A stretch of 20,198 nucleotides of DNA from Longimicrobiales bacterium (GTDB lineage Bacteria > Gemmatimonadota > Gemmatimonadetes > Longimicrobiales > Gaopeijiaceae): NCBI GenBank assembly GCA_965197725.1, contig CBDANQ010000019.1, forward strand, positions 1 to 20,198, in the 5' to 3' direction. Shown one piece after another: positions 7,645 through 16,760 of the stretch. The first letter of the stretch is position 1. Every line of letters starts with the position of its first letter. The notes below the pieces were generated by a model, which worked only from the letters and a program-made list of their open reading frames with translations, ran no database searches and had not been told where the DNA came from. The position numbers and the translations under genes are program-made.

Positions 7645-7971
7645 TCAAACCGTGAACGAGCTCCCGCATCCGCAGCCACCCGAGGCGCTCGGGTTCTTGA
7701 ACGTGAAGCCCTGACCCATGAAGCTGGCCACGTAGTCGATCTCGACGCCTTCGAGGTACTGGGCACTGAAGGGGTCCACGAAAACCTTCACACCTTGGAT
7801 GTCGACTACTTCGTCCTCGTCCTCGGGCGCGTCCTCGATGTTGAGGCCGTATTGAAAGCCAGAGCACCCGCCGGGCAGTACCGCCACGCGCAGGCCGGCG
7901 TCACCCTCGACGCCGTGGTCCTGGATGAAATCCTGGATTTTGGCGACCGCGGTCACCGTCATGGTCATCAT
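7645..7971 (-). CDS. A-type Fe-S cluster carrier (HesB/IscA/ErpA family)
   Basis: GGCSGFQY, IDYVASFMGQGF and NPSASGGCGCGSSF; three conserved Cys. Confidence 0.95.
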   Translation of the reverse strand: MMTMTVTAVAKIQDFIQDHGVEGDAGLRVAVLPGGCSGFQYGLNIEDAPEDEDEVVDIQGVKVFVDPFSAQYLEGVEIDYVASFMGQGFTFKNPSASGGCGCGSSFTV

Positions 7972-7977
7972 GGCAAA

Positions 7978-8006
7978 AAGCTATTCGAGGTTCGAAATAC
8001 GGTCAA
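7978..8006 (-). promoter_or_regulatory. sigma70-type promoter, probably producing a leaderless iscA/erpA mRNA
   Basis: TTGACC (8006..8001)-N17-TAGCTT (7983..7978), then 6 nt and ATG at 7971. No SD is present. Confidence 0.65.
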
Positions 8007-8557
8007 CGGCGAGTCTCCTCGACAATCAACTGCGCCGCGGCCGCGAGGTCGTCAACCACCAGTATCGGCTCCGGTGCCGATGCTTCCAACTCATGTCCAT
8101 ACCCCGTCCGGACCAGAATGCCCCGTCCACCGAGCTCGAGCGAGGGCATGACGTCGGTGAGTTTGTCTCCGACGTAGTACGAGCGCGCCGGATCCAGACC
8201 GAGCTCTTCCGCCGCATCGAGGTACATGCCGGTCCCGGGCTTTCGGCACGGGCACGGACCGCCCAGATCCGGGTGATGCGGGCAGAAGCGCGTCATGTCG
8301 ACGGCGACGCCCGCCTCTTCGAGTAGCGCATCCAGCCGTGCCGCCACGGCTTGGTAGTCCTCGATCGAGTAGTAGCCGCGCGCGATCCCCGACTGGTTCG
8401 TGACGATTACGAGCGCAAAGCCCGCCTCTCGGAGCGCTGCCAGCGCCTCGAACGCGCCAGGTACGATCTCTACGCCGTCCGGGTCGGCGAGATACTCCCG
8501 TTCGATCATGATGGTGCCGTCGCGGTCGACGAACACCGCGGGCCGTAGCTCAGTCAC
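8003..8557 (-). CDS. gmhB: D-glycero-D-manno-heptose 1,7-bisphosphate phosphatase (HAD IIIA)
   Basis: AVFVDRDGT, VTNQSGIARG, CPHHP...CPCRKPGTGM and VGDK. Start likely GTG 8557, overlapping the selA stop (GTGA). Confidence 0.85.
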   Translation of the reverse strand: MTELRPAVFVDRDGTIMIEREYLADPDGVEIVPGAFEALAALREAGFALVIVTNQSGIARGYYSIEDYQAVAARLDALLEEAGVAVDMTRFCPHHPDLGGPCPCRKPGTGMYLDAAEELGLDPARSYYVGDKLTDVMPSLELGGRGILVRTGYGHELEASAPEPILVVDDLAAAAQLIVEETRR

Positions 8558-9951
8558 GGGGCCACTTCCCCCGGCCAAGCCTCGGTGACACGGCGCACGA
8601 GGTCGTGCTCTTCCTCGGAATCGACGGTCCGGGGATCGAGCAGCACCCGCCCGTCAGCGATGCGTGCGATCACTGGAGGGCGCCCACTGCGCAGGCGAGC
8701 AGCCAACGCTTCGGCCCCGTCCGGGGGGTCGAGCGCGAGCGCCCAGCCGGACAGCGCCACTCCGGGGTAGGTGCCGCCACCCACTGCGCCCTTCGCCTCG
8801 ACCAGCGCACCGGACACGCCCGAGTCGCCGAGCCTTTCTCGGAGGGAGATCGCGCGCGCTTTCAGCTCCTGCACGGTGGCCGACAGCATGCGCAGCGTGG
8901 GGATCTCGGCGCGTGCCCGTTCCGGGTCCCGATACAGCTGGAGCGTCGCCTCTAGACCCGCCAGCGTGACCTTGTCGACGCGGAGCGCACGACAGAGCGG
9001 ATTCACCCGCAACTGCGCGATGACGTCCGCCCCGCCGAACAGGAGTCCGGCCTGGGGGCCGCCCAGGAGCTTGTCGCCCGAGACCGCGACGACGTCTACA
9101 CCGTTCGAGAGCGACTCGGCGGCCCGGGGCTCCTCGGGCAAGGCAAGCAACTCGGCGCCGAGCATGAGCCCCGACCCCAAGTCGTGTAGAAGCGGGATGC
9201 CCTTGGCTCGAGCCACGGCGGCGAGCGCATGCAACGGCGCCTCCTCCGTGAAGCCCGTGATACTGAAGTTCGAGCGATGGACCTTCAGGATCGCCGCCAC
9301 GGAACCATCTGCGCACGCTTCCTCGAAATCGGCGACTCGGGTGCGGTTCGTGCTCCCGACCTCCACCAAGGTCACGCCGGACCGCTCAAGGATCTCGGGG
9401 ATGCGAAAACCCCCACCGATCTCGACGAGCTCTCCTCGCGACACCACCACACCGCGCCCACGTGCCATCGTATTCAGCGCCAAGACGAGCGCGGCCGCGT
9501 TGTTGTTCACGACGAGCGCGTCGTCCGCGCCCGTGAGGTCGCACAGAAGCGACACGCAGTGGTCATAGCGTGATCCACGCCTGCCCTCTTCGAGGTCGTA
9601 CTCGAGATTCGAGTAACCGCGCGCCGCACGCGCCATGGCGGCGCGCGCGGCGGCAGGAAGTGGAGCGCGCCCCAAGTTGGTATGCAGCACCACGCCCGTT
9701 GCGTTGATCACCGCGCGTAGCGACGGCTCGTCCTTCCGAACGAGGTGGTCCTCAACTCTACTGGCATACAGTTCAGGGCCGTCGATGCCCTCGATTTCCG
9801 TACCGGCCTTCACCTGCTCGCGCACGTCGGCGATGGCCGAGCGAAGTGCCTCGACCACGCGCATGCGAGGGTACGCCCTCACCAGCGCAGCGAACGACTC
9901 CTCTTCGAGCAGCACGTCTACGGACGGAATGGACCTCCTGGGGTCGCTCAT
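8554..9951 (-). CDS. selA: L-seryl-tRNA(Sec) selenium transferase (selenocysteine synthase)
   Basis: VINATGVVLHTNLGRAPL, YSNLEYDL, VSRGELVEIGGGFRIP, VGSTNRT, KVHRSNF and SGDKLLGGPQAG (PLP lysine). Confidence 0.95.
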   Translation of the reverse strand: MSDPRRSIPSVDVLLEEESFAALVRAYPRMRVVEALRSAIADVREQVKAGTEIEGIDGPELYASRVEDHLVRKDEPSLRAVINATGVVLHTNLGRAPLPAAARAAMARAARGYSNLEYDLEEGRRGSRYDHCVSLLCDLTGADDALVVNNNAAALVLALNTMARGRGVVVSRGELVEIGGGFRIPEILERSGVTLVEVGSTNRTRVADFEEACADGSVAAILKVHRSNFSITGFTEEAPLHALAAVARAKGIPLLHDLGSGLMLGAELLALPEEPRAAESLSNGVDVVAVSGDKLLGGPQAGLLFGGADVIAQLRVNPLCRALRVDKVTLAGLEATLQLYRDPERARAEIPTLRMLSATVQELKARAISLRERLGDSGVSGALVEAKGAVGGGTYPGVALSGWALALDPPDGAEALAARLRSGRPPVIARIADGRVLLDPRTVDSEEEHDLVRRVTEAWPGEVAP

Positions 9952-11570
9952 CGTGAGGCCGCGCGACGAGCAGTGGTGTCGGTGGCCATGCTCGTGTCCG
10001 GTACCGCGCCCGTGTCGGGAAGCGCGAGCGAGTCCTCCGCGAAAGCGGTGTCCGTGGCCAACTCGGGCGGTTGAAGGACGAGCGCGGCACTCCCGCCACC
10101 GAACGGTACGGCCGTGATGTTCCTCACGGCACTGACAACGAGCTGGTACGGGCTGTTCGGCACGAGCGTGGCTCCGAGGATCGTGACGATCTGCCTCGAA
10201 GGCAGCCGCTCACCCCCGGGTCCGGTCTGCCCTCGTGCTCGGGTGACACCGGGGATGGGAAGTCTCGGCCGCGCCGTGGGTCGGCCGTCCAGGCCGGACG
10301 GGGCCACACGCCGGGCCGGGGGCGGCGACACCTGCTCCGCCTCGGCGGGATCTGTCGCTGCTCGATCTTCCGTCACTGCTCGGTCTTCCGCCGCCGCTCG
10401 ATCTTCCGTCACCGCTCGATCTTCCGTCACCGCTCGATCTTCCGCCGCCGCTCGATCTTCCGCCGCAGGGTCGACGATGGTGACGGTGTCGGCTACGCTC
10501 GCGCTATCGAGCTCCTCAACCGCGGTGCTGTCCTGCGCGGCGGTACTGTCCCGTGCGGCGGTGCTGTCCCGTGCGGCGGCCTCGGCGTCTCGTAGCACCG
10601 CGTCGAGGGAGTCGAGGACCGCGAAAGAGTCTGCGATCTCCTCGGCGTACGCCACGTATTCGTACTCGTGGAAGACACGCGCCGTGGCTACGCCCACACT
10701 GTCTTCATCGAGCACCGTGACGATCACGCCGGCGAGCGGAAAGTCCGGATCCAGGTAGTCGTCGAACTCGATGAGCGCGGTGATCGAGTCAAGTGCCGTG
10801 ACACTCGTGACCTGGGCAGGAGTCGTGTCCGGCTGGAGCACGGGGATGTCCAGGTAGAGCGTGTCGGCCTCGTGGACCAGCTGCCGCTGCGCACCCTGCA
10901 CCTCCATCAGGTCCACGATGCCGTCGCGATTCCGGTCTTCGAACGCTGTGAGTTGGAAGCGGCCAGCGCGTCGCCCGTCGACCTCGATCGCGGTGGGCAC
11001 GAAGCGCAAGCCGAACACTCCATCGGTGTCGGTCATGGTCAGGTGCACGGACGAGTCGCCCTCTGTCGCCACCGCGCGGACCTCATAGTCCGCCGCGCCC
11101 TGTCCGGTGACCCGGTCCCAGACGATCCCCGCAATCGTCGTGGGCACGGGAGTCGGACCGGTCGAGAAAACGAGCTCGAATTGGTCACGCATCTGGTTGT
11201 TGAACAGGTCGCGAACTACCGGCAGCAGCGTCACTCGATATATGCGGTCGGGCTCGAAGCCTCCGTCCACGTCGATCACGAGGCTGCGTCGCTCGTGGCG
11301 CACGCGCACATCTCCCAAGCGCGGGGACACGACTACGGCATCGTCGAGCGCACCCCCATCGACTTGCTCGCTGATGCGCTCGTCGAAGTCGAAGCGAATC
11401 GAGCCCGAGAAGTCTGGAAGCACAGCAAACGTGTCAGGGGTGGTGGACACCACCACCGGGGGTCGGCGGTCCTCCGGACCTCCCCGCGGTGCCCCCTGCT
11501 GTGCACACGCGGCGACCGAGGCTACGGCCATCGCGACCGCGGCACCGGTGACTCCCCGCCGACCCCGCAC
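9948..11570 (-). CDS. Ig-like (Big_5-type) domain lipoprotein with low-complexity repeat region
   Basis: Signal peptide with VAAC lipobox followed by AQQGAPRGGPEDRRPP (CAxxxxPxGGPxDxxPP type), beta-rich domains and a DRNRDG Ca-binding-like loop. Exact start uncertain. Confidence 0.75.
   Translation of the reverse strand: MRGRRGVTGAAVAMAVASVAACAQQGAPRGGPEDRRPPVVVSTTPDTFAVLPDFSGSIRFDFDERISEQVDGGALDDAVVVSPRLGDVRVRHERRSLVIDVDGGFEPDRIYRVTLLPVVRDLFNNQMRDQFELVFSTGPTPVPTTIAGIVWDRVTGQGAADYEVRAVATEGDSSVHLTMTDTDGVFGLRFVPTAIEVDGRRAGRFQLTAFEDRNRDGIVDLMEVQGAQRQLVHEADTLYLDIPVLQPDTTPAQVTSVTALDSITALIEFDDYLDPDFPLAGVIVTVLDEDSVGVATARVFHEYEYVAYAEEIADSFAVLDSLDAVLRDAEAAARDSTAARDSTAAQDSTAVEELDSASVADTVTIVDPAAEDRAAAEDRAVTEDRAVTEDRAAAEDRAVTEDRAATDPAEAEQVSPPPARRVAPSGLDGRPTARPRLPIPGVTRARGQTGPGGERLPSRQIVTILGATLVPNSPYQLVVSAVRNITAVPFGGGSAALVLQPPELATDTAFAEDSLALPDTGAVPDTSMATDTTARRAASR
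10360..10467. repeat. In-frame 18-bp tandem repeat x6 (A-A/V-A/T-E-D-R)
   Basis: GCTCGATCTTCCG(T/C)C(A/G)CC-type units at 10360, 10378, 10396, 10414, 10432 and 10450. Confidence 0.92.
10522..10575. repeat. In-frame 18-bp tandem repeat x3 (A-R/Q-D-S-T-A)
   Basis: GCGGTGCTGTCCTGCGCG / GCGGTACTGTCCCGTGCG / GCGGTGCTGTCCCGTGCG. Confidence 0.88.
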
Positions 11571-11608
11571 AAGTGTGGGCAGAGTTCGGCCCGAACGGCA
11601 ATCGGTGC

Positions 11609-14365
11609 TCAGGATGCTCCGCCCTCGAGCTCGGCCAGCTTCTCCTGCAGTTTACTCGCCTGCTCCTCGTACCGCGCGAGCTTGTCGCGCTCCTTTTGCA
11701 CGACCTGCACAGGGGCACGGGAGACGAAGTTGTCGTTGTCGAGCTCTTTTCCCGTGCCATCCGACAACGCTCGCAGTCGCTTGATCTCCTCGCTCAGCCT
11801 GGCCCGCTCGCGATCGAGGTCGATGACGCCTTCCAGCGGCACGAACAGTTCGGTGCCCCCTCCGAGCACCGCATGCGCACCGATGCCCGAGCCCTCGCCT
11901 TCGTCCACGCCCCCGACGCGCGCCAGACGCTCGAGCGCGGAAGCCTGCGACCGGACCGTGAGCAACAGCTGGGGGTCGCCGCCCATGAGGCGAATCCGGA
12001 TGCGCTCGCCCTCGGCGACCCCATATTCCTTTCGCAGCCGTCGAACCTCGACAATTAGCTCTCGCAGCGCCTCGAAGTCCCGTTCCGCGTCCTCGTCCCG
12101 ACGGCCGTCGCTGCCGTCCGGCCACGGCGCCACGATCAGATCCTCCGGGCGCTCGTCTCGCTCGGGCCACGGCAGTCGCGACCAGAGCTCGGAAGTGACG
12201 AAGGGCACGATGGGGTGCAGGAGCCGATATGAGTGGTCGAGCACGGTCACGAGCGTCGACCGCGCCGCCTCGCGGCTGGCGGCACCGGCGTCCTCGGTGA
12301 GGCGCGCCTTCACGAACTCGAGGTACCAGTCGCACACGTCGCCCCAGAAAAAGTGGTAGAGGCTCTCCGCGACGTCGTGCAGCCGGTAGCGCTCGAGCCC
12401 TCGGGTCGCGTTCGCCGAGGAGCTGCACACCCTCGACAGGATCCACCGATCTTCGAGTGCCAGGTCGCCCGCGACCTCGGCGAGCGGTCTCACGGGGGCG
12501 TCTCCGAGACTCATCAACGCGAAGCGGCCCGCGTTCCAGATCTTGTTCGCGAAGTTACGTCCGTTCGCGAAAGCTCCCTCGACGTCTTCATGGTCGAGGC
12601 TGATGTCGGTGCCCACCGCGGCCTGGCTCACGAGGGTGTAGCGCATGGCGTCCGCACCGTGGGCGTTCACGACTTCGAGCGGATCGATGCCGTTGCCCAA
12701 CGACTTGGACATCTTGCGTCCCTTCATGTCGCGGACCGTGCCGTGCAGATACACCTCCGTGAACGGAGGCTCACCCAAGAACTCGTAGCCCATCATGATC
12801 ATGCGGGAGACCCAGAAGAATAGGATCTCAGGCGCGGTGACCATTGCGTGGCCGGGATAGAACGCCTCCACGTCCGCCGTCTTCTCGGGCCAGCCGAACA
12901 CGGAGAACGGCCACAGCTGAGAGCTGAACCAGGTGTCGAGCACGTCAGGGTCCTGCTCGAGCTCCCTCGAGCCGCATTTCGGGCACTCGCTCGGGTCCTC
13001 GCGGGAGACGATCTCCTCGCCACAGGCGCAGTACCACACCGGGATCCGGTGCCCCCACCAGAGCTGCCGCGAAATACACCAGTCCCGGATGTTCTCCATC
13101 CAGTGCTCGTACACGCGCTGCCAGTGGCTGGGCGTGAACGTGATCGTGCCGTCCTGAGAGGCGCGTAGCGCGGGCTCCGCGAGCGGCTTCATCTTCACGA
13201 ACCACTGCAGAGACAGACGCGGCTCCACCACGGTGTCGCAGCGGTAGCACTGGGGCAGCGAGTGCGTGTGCTCGTCCTCGCCGGCCACGAGCCCCTGCTG
13301 CGCGAGAGCCGCCACGACCGCCTTGCGCGCGTCGAAGCGATCCATGCCCTGGAACGCCTTGGGGACGTTCTCGTTCATGCTGGCTTCGGGCGTCATGACG
13401 TTGAGCATCTCGAGTCTGGTCCTCTGCGCGATGTCGAAGTCGTTCGCGTCGTGCGCCGGCGTGAGCTTCACCATGCCGGACCCGAATTTCGGGTCGACGT
13501 GGGCGTCCGAGACGATCGGGATCGTGCGGCCCGTGAGCGGGAGCTCGACATGTGCGCCGATGAGCTGCAGGTAGCGCTCGTCCTTAGGGTTCACGGCGAC
13601 CCCGGTGTCTCCGAGCATCGTCTCGGGCCGGGTGGTCGAGACCGTGAGGTGCCAACGACCGTCGTCGAGCTGCCCGACCGCGTCGGCTCCGGCCTCGGAT
13701 GCCGCCCGCGCGGCTCCACCGGCCGACTCGGGTAGGGGGTAGCGAAGGTGCCAGAGGCTGCCCTGAGTGTCGTGACCCTCCGCCTCTTCGTTGGACAGCG
13801 CCGTCAGACACCGGGGGCACCAGTTGATGATGTACTCGCCCCGGTAGACGAGGCCCTTCTGGTAGAGGTGCACGAACACCTCTCGCACCGCCCGGCTGAG
13901 GTCGTCATCCAGCGTGAACCGAGTGCGGTCCCAGTCGCACGACGCGCCGATCGCTTTGAGCTGCTCGAGGATCGCCCCGCCGGTCTCCCCCACGTGGTTC
14001 CACACCGCCGTCACGAACCGCTCACGGCCCAGGTCCTCGCGATGACATCCTTCCGCCGCGAGCTTGCGCTCGACCACGTTCTGCGTCGCGATACCGGCGT
14101 GGTCCGTGCCGGGCACCCACACGGAGGCGCGCCCCTGCATGCGCCGCCAGCGGATGAGCACGTCCTGGATCGTATTGTTGAGTCCGTGACCCATGTGGAG
14201 CACCGCGGTCACGTTGGGCGGCGGAATGACGATCACATAGGGATCGGCGCCATCCTCGAGCACCCGACTCGCCGGCACATGGAAGTATCCGCCTTCCTGC
14301 CACTTCGCGTAGCGGGCGGGCTCGATGGCCTGCGGGTCTAGCCTGGGCGCCAACTCTTGAGACAC
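11609..14365 (-). CDS. valS: Valine--tRNA ligase
   Basis: PPPNVT..LHMGH (HIGH), PGTDHAGIATQ, TTRPET, DWCISRQLWWGH, DVLDTWFSS, KMSKS and a C-terminal coiled coil. Start reassigned to GTG 14365 with GGAG upstream. Confidence 0.97.
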   Translation of the reverse strand: MSQELAPRLDPQAIEPARYAKWQEGGYFHVPASRVLEDGADPYVIVIPPPNVTAVLHMGHGLNNTIQDVLIRWRRMQGRASVWVPGTDHAGIATQNVVERKLAAEGCHREDLGRERFVTAVWNHVGETGGAILEQLKAIGASCDWDRTRFTLDDDLSRAVREVFVHLYQKGLVYRGEYIINWCPRCLTALSNEEAEGHDTQGSLWHLRYPLPESAGGAARAASEAGADAVGQLDDGRWHLTVSTTRPETMLGDTGVAVNPKDERYLQLIGAHVELPLTGRTIPIVSDAHVDPKFGSGMVKLTPAHDANDFDIAQRTRLEMLNVMTPEASMNENVPKAFQGMDRFDARKAVVAALAQQGLVAGEDEHTHSLPQCYRCDTVVEPRLSLQWFVKMKPLAEPALRASQDGTITFTPSHWQRVYEHWMENIRDWCISRQLWWGHRIPVWYCACGEEIVSREDPSECPKCGSRELEQDPDVLDTWFSSQLWPFSVFGWPEKTADVEAFYPGHAMVTAPEILFFWVSRMIMMGYEFLGEPPFTEVYLHGTVRDMKGRKMSKSLGNGIDPLEVVNAHGADAMRYTLVSQAAVGTDISLDHEDVEGAFANGRNFANKIWNAGRFALMSLGDAPVRPLAEVAGDLALEDRWILSRVCSSSANATRGLERYRLHDVAESLYHFFWGDVCDWYLEFVKARLTEDAGAASREAARSTLVTVLDHSYRLLHPIVPFVTSELWSRLPWPERDERPEDLIVAPWPDGSDGRRDEDAERDFEALRELIVEVRRLRKEYGVAEGERIRIRLMGGDPQLLLTVRSQASALERLARVGGVDEGEGSGIGAHAVLGGGTELFVPLEGVIDLDRERARLSEEIKRLRALSDGTGKELDNDNFVSRAPVQVVQKERDKLARYEEQASKLQEKLAELEGGAS

Positions 14366-14536
14366 GTCAGCTCCGATCAATACAGCGGCCGAGAACGGAT
14401 TTTCTCGAAGCCAGAAAGATGGCGAGCCCTCCATGGCTTCGGAACCGCTATACGGCCTGGCGTCGGTGACGTTCCCGTGTTCCGCCGGGCTGAGCAGCCC
14501 GTGTCAGAAGTACAGCGGGCCGCTAGGAGATGTTCA

Positions 14537-15854
14537 CTAGACGGAGCGTGACAAGCGCCGGGAGCCACGGGAGCTTGGCTTCGTAAGAAAAGGCGCATCT
14601 CGCGTGTGCGGCTCGGTGCCCTCCGGCGGTACGGCTCGCGCCGCTTCGCACTCCTCTACAGGCACCGACAAAAAGGCTTCCGAGACCGTCGGGCCGAAGT
14701 GGACACCGGAACAGCGAGCGACCTCGGCAATCGCGGCCGGATGCGCGCGCGCGTGGCGGTAAGCCCGATCGGACGTCATCGCGTCATAGGCGTCGCAGAT
14801 CGCCATGATCTGTCCGATCATCGGAATGCGAGCGCCAGACAACCCTTCGGGATACCCGCCGCCGTCCCACCGCTCGTGGTGGTAGCGCGCACCCGTGGTC
14901 AGGTGCTGCAGCGACGGGATGCTCTCAAGGATTTCCGCCCCGTCCGCGGGATGAGCCTGAATGTACGCGAACTCCTCCTCGGTGAGCCGGGTCGTCTTGG
15001 TAAGAACCCGAAGGGGAACCGCCAGCTTGCCGAGGTCGTGGAGGTAGCCGCCGGCCCACAGCGTCGCCTTCATGTGGTCGTCCAGGCCCAGCTGATCCGC
15101 GACCGCGACGACAAGCATCGCGACACGGTGCGAATGGCCGCTTGTGTACGGGTCCTTCGCGTCGATGAGGTTCGAGACGATCCCGAGCAGTTGATCGCCG
15201 GAAAGTGGCGATACCTCGTCCGGCAACACATGCTCCGCAGCCCTCAGGAGCTTGTGCCGGAACGCCGAGGGCTCGTATCCGGGGACGTCGCCCCCGCGCG
15301 CTAGAGAGAGGTACGTCTTGCCGACTTCGGGTCCGAACTCAGCGCCGATACCTTGCTCGATGACCTCGATGATGTCCTCGCAGCTGAGCGGCGGCCGATG
15401 CGGCCGCTCTTGTCCGAGCGCCGCTATGGTATCGGAGATCCGCAGGATCTGTGCTCCGAGCGGAATCGCATCGCCGTCCAGTCCGTCCGGGTACCCACTT
15501 CCGTCCCACCATTCGTGGTGGTGGCGCACTAGGGGCGCCAGGACTTCGAGGTGCGGGATATGCCTTACACGCTCTTCGGAGCGCGCCGGATGCCTGTCAA
15601 CCCGTGCGCTCGGGAACCGGATTCTCCCAGGCGTCCTCGGCCAAACCGACCATGCCCATGTCTGCGAGAACCGAGGCGAAGAACAGTTCCGAGCGCTCGG
15701 CATTGGACAGGCCCATCTCCATCCCGATCTGGGTCGAGAGCATGGCGACCATCGGGCCGTGATCACGCAAATAGCCTTTCGCCAAGCCCATGACTTCGGT
15801 CAAAGCCTCGAGAAGACCTGCGTAAAACGTCCTACCAGACTCCGGTCCGGTCAT
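14537..15854 (-). pseudogene. Tandem HD-GYP phosphodiesterase, split by a frameshift near 15608
   Basis: ORF 15597..15854 gives the HD-GYP N-part (RDHG..VA, LADMG). ORF 14537..15766 continues in another frame from ARVDRHP through HHHEWWDGSGYPDG and a second, intact domain (HDLGK, HHERWDGGGYPEG). Confidence 0.8.
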
Positions 15855-15896
15855 TCGTGCGTGTTCCCAGCGGGTTCCACAAAATGCCGAACCTTA

Positions 15897-15905
15897 AAGA
15901 TACCA
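15897..15905 (-). promoter_or_regulatory. Possible extended -10 promoter (TGnTATCTT) for the HD-GYP gene
   Basis: TGGTATCTT on the minus strand, 42 bp upstream of ATG 15854 in an intergenic gap. Confidence 0.35.
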
Positions 15906-15945
15906 CTGCGCCGACCCCAGCCACCAGGGCTATCTATACCCAGGG

Positions 15946-16752
15946 CTATCGGCGCGAGCGCGTCGTATCCGGCTGAGCCTTCGCCCGCTCGCGGTCACGC
16001 CGCTCGCGAATCGCTTCCTGGCGATCCTCCCACGCGTCTTCGACGTCGCGGCGCGCGCTTTGGCGCAGGATCTCGTCCCACTGCCACTGCCGTTGGGCGA
16101 CCTCGTCACGCTTGCCGACGGGGACACCGAACAGGTGAGTCCCGGGTAGAACGACATCGCCCAGATAAATCCTGCCGTCGGCGACTCCCCAGCGCTTGCC
16201 GTCACCGTCGGTGAAGGTCCAATCGGTGAGCCGCGCCTCCGCCGCCTGCGCCGCCGCGAGCGAGTCGGCCCAATCCGCGATTCGGCCACGGAGCGCGAGC
16301 TCCTCCCGCTGCTCCAGGCTCAGATCGGTGAGCGACGGATCGATGGGCCTCCACAGACGTTCGTCGGTGAGCCGGGGACGGAGCAATTCGGCCCCAGTGA
16401 GAGGCGGAGGCGTGAAGTCGAGGCCTGGTTCCGCCTCCAAGATCAACGGGGTCAGAGGCACCTCGGGCGACTCGATCTCCTGGATCTCGTCCGGGTCGTC
16501 CGGCCGCTCGGGGTCCGTAGCCTGAGCCAGCTCGATGAGGCGAAGCAACTCCAGAGCGTCAGAACTGCCCGTGAAGTCAGGAAACGGAAGGCGTGCATTC
16601 CCCGGCGCCAACGTGCCGTAGATCGGATACAAGCCGATGAGCAAGAGGTGGATCGCGACCGAGATGGCAGCGGACGTCCACACGACCCTGCGAGACCCGA
16701 GCCCCAACCGTTCTCGACCGGCGTGTTCCGCGTACCCCCCCTGAGCTTGCAT
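15946..16752 (-). CDS. Hypothetical membrane-anchored protein
   Basis: N-terminal TM (SAAISVAIHLLLIGLY), Pro/Glu-rich linker and C-terminal DWTFTDGDGKRWGV region. Co-oriented with neighbours; AGGA upstream. Confidence 0.7.
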   Translation of the reverse strand: MQAQGGYAEHAGRERLGLGSRRVVWTSAAISVAIHLLLIGLYPIYGTLAPGNARLPFPDFTGSSDALELLRLIELAQATDPERPDDPDEIQEIESPEVPLTPLILEAEPGLDFTPPPLTGAELLRPRLTDERLWRPIDPSLTDLSLEQREELALRGRIADWADSLAAAQAAEARLTDWTFTDGDGKRWGVADGRIYLGDVVLPGTHLFGVPVGKRDEVAQRQWQWDEILRQSARRDVEDAWEDRQEAIRERRDRERAKAQPDTTRSRR

Positions 16753-16760
16753 TCGTCTTC

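Noticed and set aside
10360..10467. CRISPR array
   Set aside because: Head-to-tail 18-bp units without spacers, in frame within a CDS, and no cas genes.
10668..12359. 563-aa plus-strand ORF and other long plus-strand ORFs (e.g. 15252..16214, 18072..19253)
   Set aside because: Antisense shadows of well-supported minus-strand genes in high-GC DNA, with no recognisable motifs.
14366..14536. T-box or other leader riboswitch upstream of valS
   Set aside because: No T-box consensus (TGGnACCGCG) or terminator/antiterminator recognised.
15597..15599. UGA read-through as selenocysteine in the HD-GYP N-terminal ORF (and at the cyclase stop, 1599)
   Set aside because: The homologous continuation is in a different frame, so read-through would not restore either protein.
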